From: a virus
Length of the DNA: 40,074 bases
Direction: 5' to 3' (one strand)
Virus record (IMG/VR): IMGVR_UViG_3300029743_000013
Location: 1-40,074 of that record
The notes under the pieces were generated by a model. The model ran no database searches. It worked only from the letters and a program-made list of their open reading frames with translations, and was not told the origin of the DNA. The translations under genes and the position numbers were made by a program. The first letter of the stretch is position 1; the number at the start of each line of letters is the position of its first letter. This document shows positions 1 to 5,641 of the stretch, one piece after another.

Positions 1-108
1 TGGCGGATGCTGCGCCACTCTCGCCGGTGGCGGATGCTGCGCCCATCCAGCCGGTGGCGGATGCTGCGCCACTCTCGCCGGTGGCGGATGCTGCGCCCCT
101 CACGCCGG
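1..108. repeat. 27-nt coding tandem repeat, 4 units (A-B-A-C)
   Basis: A = tggcggatgctgcgccactctcgccgg (1-27, 55-81). B = tggcggatgctgcgcccatccagccgg (28-54). C = tggcggatgctgcgcccctcacgccgg (82-108). The same array is present at 39926-40074. Confidence 0.95.
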
Positions 109-475
109 TGGCGTGGTTCTTCTTTTCGCTGTTTGCCTTTTTGATGGCATTGTCAAAATCACACTGTGCTTTAACGTACTCCACCTGCGCCTTGACAAGC
201 CCCGGAATGCCGATCTCTGCGCGCAATGTCAGTTTCTTGCCGACGCGCTTCGTGTCGTCTCTGTGCATCTCGTCGCTGACATCCTCCAGCTCCGCCGCAA
301 AATACCGAGAGCCATCGCCGGGCGCGTAGTAGCCCAGCACATCCAACGGCATCTCGCAGGCGTGGAGACCTCTTTCGCAGAGTTTAACGTCTCCATCCAC
401 TTCTGCCGTTTTACCAATCTCATACTGGAGCCCACGGCACTTCATATCCTTATCCGTAGCCTTGTAAACCTTCAT
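1..475 (-). CDS. N-terminal part of a wrap-around phage repeat protein (continues at 40074..39729)
   Basis: ATG at 475 is in an ATGA overlap with the stop of 472..702. Translates MKVYKATDKDMKCRGLQYEIGKTAEVDGDVKLCERGLHACEMPLDVLGYYAPG...NHATGVRGAASATGES... and runs off the window start in frame with 39729..40074. The N-terminal domain resembles, from memory, a family common in Firmicutes phages (DUF7666-like); unverified. Confidence 0.8.
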   Translation of the reverse strand, partial: MKVYKATDKDMKCRGLQYEIGKTAEVDGDVKLCERGLHACEMPLDVLGYYAPGDGSRYFAAELEDVSDEMHRDDTKRVGKKLTLRAEIGIPGLVKAQVEYVKAQCDFDNAIKKANSEKKNHATGVRGAASATGESGAASATGWMGAASATGESGAASA

Positions 476-702
476 CTTCCTTCCCTCTTTCTTTTTATCA
501 CCATTTTGGCCCTCTCGCGCCTTGCGTTGTTCATGCTGTAAAAGTCGATCTCGCTGTACGCAGCGTAGCGCTTGGCCTTGTCAGCCTTGATGACCTCCAG
601 ATACGCCGCGTACTCCTCGCACTGTCCGTGGCACTTCGGGTGTCTGCTCCGGCAGTCCTTGCAGGGCGTGCCCACTCTGTTCGTCAGACCTACCATTCCC
701 AC
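472..702 (-). CDS. small Cys/His-rich (zinc-binding-like) early protein
   Basis: 76-aa ORF with CKDC-x5-H-x2-CH-x2-C. It overlaps the stop of the 3D-domain gene, and its own stop overlaps the next ATG (ATGA). ATG 696 is an alternative start. Confidence 0.65.
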   Translation of the reverse strand: MGMVGLTNRVGTPCKDCRSRHPKCHGQCEEYAAYLEVIKADKAKRYAAYSEIDFYSMNNARRERAKMVIKRKREGR

Positions 703-1205
703 TGCACCATTGCTTTCACCACACCGGCCTGCGCCGCCTCCTCGTGGGTCATCAGCACGTCCACCGTGTAGCCGTACACTCCGGTGTCGGCGGCTATGTA
801 CTCCTTGCCTCCGATGGTCACGGTGCTGCCCAGGGGGATAATGTCCGGGTCAACTGCCACCGCCTCGCCGATGCAGACCCACCGTCCGGAGGCCGTCAGC
901 ACCTGCCCTGCCTCGTTGCGGTTGATGTCCGCATAGGGCGTGCAGCAGGCGCAATAGCCGGTGATGTCGCATACCAGCAGATTCTCCGGCGGCTTTGCGG
1001 CGGACAGCACCGCCGCCTGCACCGCAGTGGGCAGGGGAGGAGGGACGTCCTCCGGCTCCTGTGCCTCCGGCAGCGTCAGCGCCCAGAAGAGGATACCGAT
1101 GATCAGCAGGATCATCAAAGCGTTGAGGATCCAGAGCCGCCTGTTCCACCGCCGCTCCCAGCAGCGCTGGGAATACTCCCGCGCCCGCCTGTTCCGCTCT
1201 CTCAT
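690..1205 (-). CDS. membrane-anchored 3D-domain protein (MltA/YuiC-like cell-wall lytic-transglycosylase fold)
   Basis: Preferred start is ATG 1205, with GGAGG about 11 nt upstream and in an ATGA overlap with the upstream micro-ORF. The longer GTG ORF to 1352 has no RBS. Arg-rich N-terminus plus TM LWILNALMILLIIGILFWAL. C-terminus GYCACC..TASG..AVAVDPDIIPLGSTVTIGGKEYIAADTG matches the 3D-domain signature as I remember it. Confidence 0.75.
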   Translation of the reverse strand: MRERNRRAREYSQRCWERRWNRRLWILNALMILLIIGILFWALTLPEAQEPEDVPPPLPTAVQAAVLSAAKPPENLLVCDITGYCACCTPYADINRNEAGQVLTASGRWVCIGEAVAVDPDIIPLGSTVTIGGKEYIAADTGVYGYTVDVLMTHEEAAQAGVVKAMVQWEW

Positions 1206-1291
1206 CGTCCCAGCGCCTCCACGCCCTTGACGATGGCCCAGCTCAGCCACGCCGCGCCGATAAACGCCAGCGCCCATGCAAACGCGCTCAT
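1202..1291 (-). CDS. 29-aa hydrophobic micro-protein
   Basis: MSAFAWALAFIGAAWLSWAIVKGVEALGR. ATGA overlaps at both ends (1288-1291 and 1202-1205). Below the ORF-track cutoff. Confidence 0.45.
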   Translation of the reverse strand: MSAFAWALAFIGAAWLSWAIVKGVEALGR

Positions 1292-1440
1292 TTCGCACCT
1301 CCACACTTCTTCTCGTTCGGCACAAGGCCGACAAACTCAAGCCCTCTTCCACGGGCGTAAATCTCGCCCAAGATCTTCCCCAGCTTTACGGGGTCTGGGG
1401 GCGTTACCCAAATGATTTTGTACTCCGGCTTTTTACTCAT
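1288..1440 (-). CDS. 50-aa hypothetical early protein
   Basis: MSKKPEYKIIWVTPPDPVKLGKILGEIYARGRGLEFVGLVPNEKKCGGAK. GGGAGAAAGGAAAAGG lies upstream of ATG 1440, and the stop overlaps the next ATG. Confidence 0.5.
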   Translation of the reverse strand: MSKKPEYKIIWVTPPDPVKLGKILGEIYARGRGLEFVGLVPNEKKCGGAK

Positions 1441-1547
1441 TGCCTTTTCCTTTCTCCCGTGCTACAATAAGCACGGACACAATATCTTGTGGTGAAATTT
1501 GTCCCACCCGCCCCGCTCGATGCTGCAACATTGGGCGGGGCATTTTT

Positions 1548-1775
1548 TTACTGCCCGTCGCTGGATTCAAACAGCTCGTCCACCGTCACGCCGTACATCT
1601 TCGCCAACTTCTTGTGGTACTTCCGCAACGGTCGCCAGTCGCCAAGTTCCCAATGCGTTACGCAGGATAAGTCAACATTCAGTTTCTTTGCCACCTGTGC
1701 GCGGGTCAGTCCGGAGCGTTCTCGTAGCTCTCTCAATGTCAATTTTTGTGTCCTCCCTTCATTGTGAGTTATCAT
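1548..1775 (-). CDS. Cro-like XRE-family HTH regulator, first gene of the minus-strand early operon
   Basis: LTLRELRERSGLTRAQVAKKLNVDLSCVTHWELG is a typical XRE HTH. AAGGGAGGA sits 9 nt before an in-frame TTG at 1742, so a 64-aa product from 1742 is at least as likely as ATG 1775. Confidence 0.85.
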   Translation of the reverse strand: MITHNEGRTQKLTLRELRERSGLTRAQVAKKLNVDLSCVTHWELGDWRPLRKYHKKLAKMYGVTVDELFESSDGQ

Positions 1776-1790
1776 TGACTGCGGCGGGGA
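1773..1790. repeat. left copy of an 18-bp perfect inverted repeat
   Basis: cattgactgcggcgggga is the exact reverse complement of 2184-2201. It contains the P1 -35 hexamer and the ATG 1775-1773. Confidence 0.95.
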
Positions 1791-1803
1791 GATTTGCTAT
1801 ACT
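1775..1803 (+). promoter_or_regulatory. sigma-70-type promoter P1 (TTGACT-17-TATACT)
   Basis: TTGACT at 1775-1780, 17-nt spacer, TATACT at 1798-1803. It faces away from the cro-like gene. Predicted TSS is near 1810. Confidence 0.6.
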
Positions 1804-1845
1804 GCCGTTAGCCCTCTTTGGGCAACTTCAAAGGAGGTGGTTTTC

Positions 1846-1914
1846 GTGACCAACCTTTTGATTTTGCCTGTTCCCTTCCTGCCGGGTCGCAACAGCGGTT
1901 GCCAAAGCGCGTAA
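1846..1914 (+). CDS. 22-aa sORF inside the P1 transcript
   Basis: AAGGAGG (1831-1837) sits 8 nt before GTG 1846. Product MTNLLILPVPFLPGRNSGCQSA, stop TAA at 1912-1914. The SD is partly sequestered in hairpin 1829-1860. Confidence 0.3.
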   Translation: MTNLLILPVPFLPGRNSGCQSA

Positions 1915-2147
1915 AACTGGCTAAATGCAGCAACTGATACGGCGGAGCACTCAGTGAAGAGGTTAAAACTCACGGTGATATGCCAGTAATCATATCCCAC
2001 CGTATCGGGTACTCCCGATGGCTTACCAGCGAGAAGGCCATGCGCAGAACCAAAACTGCGAAAGTGGTAAGGCTCCAGAAGAACTTGTAGCACCATTGCA
2101 AGCGGCGAAAGCCTGCACGGGGCAAAGGGTAAACAAATTTGGACATT

Positions 2148-2183
2148 GGCCGGTGGGAATGGTGCTCCCGCCGGTCTTATGTT
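2148..2183 (+). terminator. terminator-like hairpin ending the P1 transcript
   Basis: ggccggtggg (2148-2157) pairs with cccgccggtc (2167-2176): 10 bp including two G-U pairs, with a 9-nt loop, then ttatgttt. The U-tract is interrupted. Confidence 0.4.
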
Positions 2184-2201
2184 TCCCCGCCGCAGTCAAT
2201 G
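2184..2201. repeat. right copy of the 18-bp perfect inverted repeat
   Basis: tccccgccgcagtcaatg is the reverse complement of 1773-1790. The 393 bp between the copies are non-coding. Confidence 0.95.
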
Positions 2202-2235
2202 CCCGCCGAAACCTCATAAACATGAGAAATCACAC

Positions 2236-2264
2236 TTGACACTGCCCCGTAAGCGTATTACAAT
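2236..2264 (+). promoter_or_regulatory. sigma-70-type promoter P2 (TTGACA-17-TACAAT) for the CI-like gene
   Basis: TTGACA at 2236-2241, 17-nt spacer, TACAAT at 2259-2264. About 160-nt leader to ATG 2431. Confidence 0.6.
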
Positions 2265-2337
2265 GAAATCGCCAAAAGACATTGCAAAAGCCGCTTTTAT
2301 GGGGGCTGGTTTTTGTGTACCCTTTTCCGGTGGGCTT

Positions 2338-2352
2338 AGGTATATGATACCT
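2338..2352. promoter_or_regulatory. candidate operator (6-3-6 inverted repeat)
   Basis: aggtat-atg-atacct. It overlaps the -10 of the minus-strand promoter at 2344-2349. Confidence 0.4.
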
Positions 2353-2372
2353 CACAGATGCGAGGTTTGCAA
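2344..2372 (-). promoter_or_regulatory. candidate early promoter PR (minus strand, TTGCAA-17-TATCAT)
   Basis: On the minus strand, TTGCAA is at 2372-2367, the spacer is 17 nt, and TATCAT is at 2349-2344. It is convergent with P2 and would give a leader of about 560-600 nt before the cro-like gene. Confidence 0.45.
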
Positions 2373-2430
2373 TAGGTAAATTCAGTGTTTATTGAGTTTT
2401 GGCAAATCTAACAAATATAGGCAAGCGAAT

Positions 2431-2802
2431 ATGTCAATTATGCAAGAGCGTGTCCTTTCTCTTATCCCTCGCAAACCTGACGGGAAATATGTGCATGGCG
2501 CAAAGGCTGATTTTGCAAGGGAACTTGGGTTTAAGAGCGGGGCGATAGTAAGCGATTGGGAATCAGGGAAAAGCGATTCATATAAAAATTATCTTTACCA
2601 AATCTCGGCGCTGCATGGCGTATCCGTTGAATACCTCCGTGGCGAAACGGACGACCCGGGCATAAAAGAAGCCCCCGCCACAGAGGGCGAGGGCTATACA
2701 GATTTGCAGAAGGCCGCTATTCAGTTTGTGTTGTCATTACCGCCGGAAAAGCTGGAGCGGTTTATAAAAATGGGTCGCGCTGCTTTTGAGGAAGACCAAT
2801 GA
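2431..2802 (+). CDS. CI-like XRE-family HTH repressor candidate
   Basis: ATG 2431 (or 2440) lies inside track ORF 2392..2802. HGAKADFARELGFKSGAIVSDWESGKS is an HTH. It is the first gene of the plus-strand lysogeny block, divergent from the cro-like gene. No S24 peptidase-like C-terminus. Confidence 0.8.
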   Translation: MSIMQERVLSLIPRKPDGKYVHGAKADFARELGFKSGAIVSDWESGKSDSYKNYLYQISALHGVSVEYLRGETDDPGIKEAPATEGEGYTDLQKAAIQFVLSLPPEKLERFIKMGRAAFEEDQ

Positions 2803-2895
2803 AAGAAATCATTATTGCACGCAGTTAAATGCCGTGATCGAGTGCAAGCGGAAAGCCAACGGTTAAAATGCGGCCTTTCCGGCTTCGCCCTCTTT

Positions 2896-3039
2896 CTAAA
2901 ACACCTCAAGTTCCCCGGTAAACAGGTTTCGCGCCATTCGGTAAAGCTCGGTCATTGCGGTCTCGCGATCCATGCCGTCGCATTCCAGGCCGATTTCATA
3001 CTCGACGCCTTTTTCTTTACTGATCGCCCAAATTTTCAT
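2896..3039 (-). CDS. 47-aa hypothetical protein (second of a coupled micro-ORF pair)
   Basis: MKIWAISKEKGVEYEIGLECDGMDRETAMTELYRMARNLFTGELEVF. ATG 3039 is in an ATGA overlap with the upstream micro-ORF. Confidence 0.45.
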   Translation of the reverse strand: MKIWAISKEKGVEYEIGLECDGMDRETAMTELYRMARNLFTGELEVF

Positions 3040-3158
3040 TTTAGAGCCTCCATGATTTTTTGAAGTTGTTCGTCGGATAACTTTTGTATCAGGTCAAAGG
3101 CTTCTGCCAGCATTTTTTGATACTCTATTGTATCACTTTTCACGTCTTCGCGCAACAT
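3036..3158 (-). CDS. 40-aa hypothetical helical protein (first of a coupled micro-ORF pair)
   Basis: MLREDVKSDTIEYQKMLAEAFDLIQKLSDEQLQKIMEALK. GGAGGG lies 8 nt before ATG 3158, and a TATAAT (minus strand, 3182-3177) lies upstream. Confidence 0.45.
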   Translation of the reverse strand: MLREDVKSDTIEYQKMLAEAFDLIQKLSDEQLQKIMEALK

Positions 3159-3205
3159 TTTGTGTCCCTCCAAATGATTATAGTAACGGGGCTATATGTC
3201 GATTA

Positions 3206-3233
3206 TTGCACTTTGTGCAGTCGAAAATATAAG
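3206..3233 (+). promoter_or_regulatory. candidate promoter of the lipoprotein gene (TTGCAC-16-TATAAG)
   Basis: Hexamers at 3206-3211 and 3228-3233. Confidence 0.35.
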
Positions 3234-3249
3234 AAAATGGAGAGTTGAG

Positions 3250-3684
3250 ATGAAAAAGTTTTTGCTTATCGCGATGTCTTTGGTTCTCGCGCTCGGCATG
3301 TTAACCGCCTGCGGGGGAACAAATCAGACCAAGCCAGAAAACGAGCCGGTAACTCCGCCCGATCTCGTTGGAGAGTGGAAGCAGACAAACAGCGATGCAG
3401 AGGACGCATGGCAGGCCGCTACCATTTCCGGAGATGCCATTGAGGTGTATTGGGTATCTGATAATGGAGACACCAAAGCCCTCTATTGGGCTGGCACTTT
3501 TGATGCCCCTCCCACGGCGGATGAGCCGTACACCTGGGAATCGGAAAATGATAAAGACCAGACCGATATGGCAATTCTCGCCAGCGGCGATGACACCAAG
3601 ACGTTTACCTATCAGGACGGCGTAATTAGCTACGAAGTGTCTGCTATGGGAGCTACTCAGACCGTAAAACTTGAGAAGCAATAA
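3250..3684 (+). CDS. prophage lipoprotein
   Basis: ATG 3250 with GGAGAG upstream. Signal peptide MKKFLLIAMSLVLALGMLTAC carries the lipobox LTAC. A strong terminator follows. Confidence 0.85.
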   Translation: MKKFLLIAMSLVLALGMLTACGGTNQTKPENEPVTPPDLVGEWKQTNSDAEDAWQAATISGDAIEVYWVSDNGDTKALYWAGTFDAPPTADEPYTWESENDKDQTDMAILASGDDTKTFTYQDGVISYEVSAMGATQTVKLEKQ

Positions 3685-3690
3685 GTAACT

Positions 3691-3733
3691 AAAGGCACTG
3701 CCGCTCTCCGCAACAAACGGCAGTGCCTTTTTG
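3691..3733 (+). terminator. rho-independent terminator
   Basis: aaaggcactgccg (3691-3703) pairs with cggcagtgccttt (3718-3730), followed by a T-run. Confidence 0.85.
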
Positions 3734-3785
3734 CAGGCAGCGAGGAGCGGTCGCCGCTGCATAATTTGACCATACTCCGCGTTGC

Positions 3786-3815
3786 TTGACTACTTCAACG
3801 CCAAAACCTTGCAAT
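3786..3815 (+). promoter_or_regulatory. candidate promoter (TTGACT-18-TGCAAT) of the HTH-TM/integrase operon
   Basis: Hexamers at 3786-3791 and 3810-3815. Confidence 0.35.
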
Positions 3816-3890
3816 AAAACAGCGTGTGGTGAGGTTCGGTAAGCCCTCATCTTGCGACTTCGCGGTGCCAAAATCGGAGAAATTAAGGTG

Positions 3891-4313
3891 ATGCAAATGA
3901 ACATTCAAGAGGTGTGTAGAATCCGCAAAGAAGAATTGAAACTGACCTATCAGGACATTTCCGACACTTCCGGCGTACCGTTGTCCACCGTGCAGAATTT
4001 CTTTTCCAAGTTTTCAAAGTCGCCGTCCATTTACACTGTCGCGCCGATCTGCAAGGCAATGGGCATATCCCTTGACGAGACGTTCGGGATTTCCGAACAC
4101 CTGACGCCGACCGAGGAAACTTTGCAGGCGCGGAATGATGAGCTGGAACGCCATGTTGACGCAAAAGCAGACATGATCGAGATCATGCGGCGTGGAGTGC
4201 GTATCCGCAACGGCGTGATTGCTATAATGTTTTTTATAATTGTTCTTCTCGCTGCGTGGTGCGTGTACATTGATTTTCATTGTATAGATTACGGATTTTG
4301 GAGGGGGATTTGA
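3891..4313 (+). CDS. membrane-anchored HTH (XRE-like) protein
   Basis: ATG 3891 (or 3897) after GGAGA..AAGGTG. N-terminal HTH LTYQDISDTSGVPLSTVQNFFS, a coiled-coil stretch, and C-terminal TM VIAIMFFIIVLLAAWCVYI. The stop TGA shares a base with the integrase ATG. Confidence 0.75.
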   Translation: MQMNIQEVCRIRKEELKLTYQDISDTSGVPLSTVQNFFSKFSKSPSIYTVAPICKAMGISLDETFGISEHLTPTEETLQARNDELERHVDAKADMIEIMRRGVRIRNGVIAIMFFIIVLLAAWCVYIDFHCIDYGFWRGI

Positions 4314-5641
4314 TGATAGCGGCATTGATGAGAGTGGCTTTGATAAGAGTGGCTTTGTATATCCGCGTCTCAAGCGAAGAACAGGCGCGGCATGGCCTGT
4401 CCCTGCAAGAGCAGCGGGACGCGCTGATAAGATATGCAAAAGCAAATAAAATGACCGTGGTGGGCATATATGAGGACGCGGGAATATCCGCGAGAAAGCC
4501 GTATAAAAAGCGTCCGGCGCTCCTGCGACTGCTGGGCGATTGCAAAGACGGTAAGATAGACATGATTCTGTTTGTCAAACTTGACCGCTGGTTTCGCAAT
4601 GTCGCGGGGTATTACGATGTACAAACACAGCTCGACCAGTACGGCGTAACATGGCAAGCGACGGAAGAAGATTACGAAACACGGACTGCTTCAGGGCGTT
4701 TAAAGGTCAATATTATGTTGTCAGTCGCGCAAGACGAGGCCGACCGCACAAGCGAACGAATCAAATTTATCAACGATGGAAAACGGGCAAAAGGACAACC
4801 GGCAGGCTCAAAAGCGCCTTTAGGGTATGTCATCACGGACAGGCAATACCAGATTGATAACGGCACGGTAGATGCAGCGCGAGATATGTTCGCCGCGTTC
4901 ATCCGGCTAAAAAGCGTCCTTGCCGTAAAGCGATATATGCTTGACACATGGGGCATTGACCGGGCTTATAGCAAGTATGTAAACTATTTCCGCAACCGTC
5001 TTTACATCGGCGAGGTTTACGGCATCGAAAATGCTTGTCCGGCGTTGGTTAGTAAGCAAGACTTTGACATTGTAAATGATATTATTCGCCAGCGGTCACA
5101 ACGCTGTGCGGGAGTTGACACAGACCGCGTGTATCTGTTTTCCGGGATACTGCATTGTAAAGAATGCGGGAAAACGATGCAATCGGAAACCGTAAAGAAG
5201 ACATATACATATTACCGATGCCGGACTCGGATGCTTGATAACACCTCTTGCCCTCACACAAAAAGGATACGAGAGGATGTGTTGGAAGACTACCTACTAC
5301 ACGAGCTTGCTGGAATCGCAGAGCGGAACAATAGGTACTACAAAAAGGCCGAAAAAAAGCCCACGCAAAGCGCGGACTCGATACGAAAGAAAATGAGCAA
5401 ACTAAAAACGCTATACCTAAACGATTTGATTGAGCTTGACGACTATAAAGCGGAATACTCGATCTTGAAAAGATCCCTCGAAACCGTGGAGGAAACGCCG
5501 AAGACAGACCTCGACGCCTTGAGAAACGGGCTGGGCGAATATGGCACATACTCTCGGGAAGAAAAAAAGGAATTCTGGACGCGCTTCATCAAGCGGATTG
5601 ATGCAGACAACGATGGCGCGTTTTTCGTAACGCCGCGTTAG
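4313..5641 (+). CDS. int: large serine recombinase (phage integrase)
   Basis: Resolvase-type N-terminus ALYIRVSSEEQ, a recombinase domain, zinc ribbon CKECG..YYRCRTR..CPH, and a C-terminal coiled coil. GGAGGGGG sits 6 nt before ATG 4313. Confidence 0.92.
   Translation: MIAALMRVALIRVALYIRVSSEEQARHGLSLQEQRDALIRYAKANKMTVVGIYEDAGISARKPYKKRPALLRLLGDCKDGKIDMILFVKLDRWFRNVAGYYDVQTQLDQYGVTWQATEEDYETRTASGRLKVNIMLSVAQDEADRTSERIKFINDGKRAKGQPAGSKAPLGYVITDRQYQIDNGTVDAARDMFAAFIRLKSVLAVKRYMLDTWGIDRAYSKYVNYFRNRLYIGEVYGIENACPALVSKQDFDIVNDIIRQRSQRCAGVDTDRVYLFSGILHCKECGKTMQSETVKKTYTYYRCRTRMLDNTSCPHTKRIREDVLEDYLLHELAGIAERNNRYYKKAEKKPTQSADSIRKKMSKLKTLYLNDLIELDDYKAEYSILKRSLETVEETPKTDLDALRNGLGEYGTYSREEKKEFWTRFIKRIDADNDGAFFVTPR

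Larger units (their letters stand above)
1810..2183 (+). ncRNA. candidate ~375-nt structured non-coding RNA (family unknown), antisense to the early-operon leader
   Basis: Lies downstream of P1. Hairpins: 1829-1860, 1889-1902, 2004-2019, 2055-2068 (GAAA loop), 2097-2117 (GAAA loop) and 2148-2176 (10 bp). No ORF of 60 aa or more here has an RBS or plausible composition. Confidence 0.35.

Noticed and set aside
744-1415. Plus-strand ORFs opposite minus-strand genes (e.g. 744..1415, 10232..11188, 18940..19965, 21870..22712, 28971..30134, 37332..38655)
   Set aside because: They are antisense shadows of recognisable phage genes (3D-domain, fibre, capsid, MuF and others). They have Arg/Pro/Gly-biased composition and no SD.
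1508-1548. Hairpin gccccgc...gcggggc followed by ATTTTTTT on the plus strand after the cro-like gene
   Set aside because: The T-run is on the plus strand, where nothing is transcribed into it, and the loop is long (about 16 nt). It is not called as a terminator for the minus-strand operon.
1773-2201. MITE or IS remnant bounded by the 18-bp inverted repeats
   Set aside because: There is no target-site duplication at the flanks, no transposase anywhere in the window, and the repeat carries promoter and start-codon elements. It is kept only as a remote alternative.
1797-2379. ORFs in the switch region (1797..2096-, 2018..2239+, 2023..2223-, 2146..2379+)
   Set aside because: They have no SD and implausible Trp/Cys/Pro/Arg-rich composition, and they overlap each other. 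The region is better explained as non-coding regulatory DNA or RNA.
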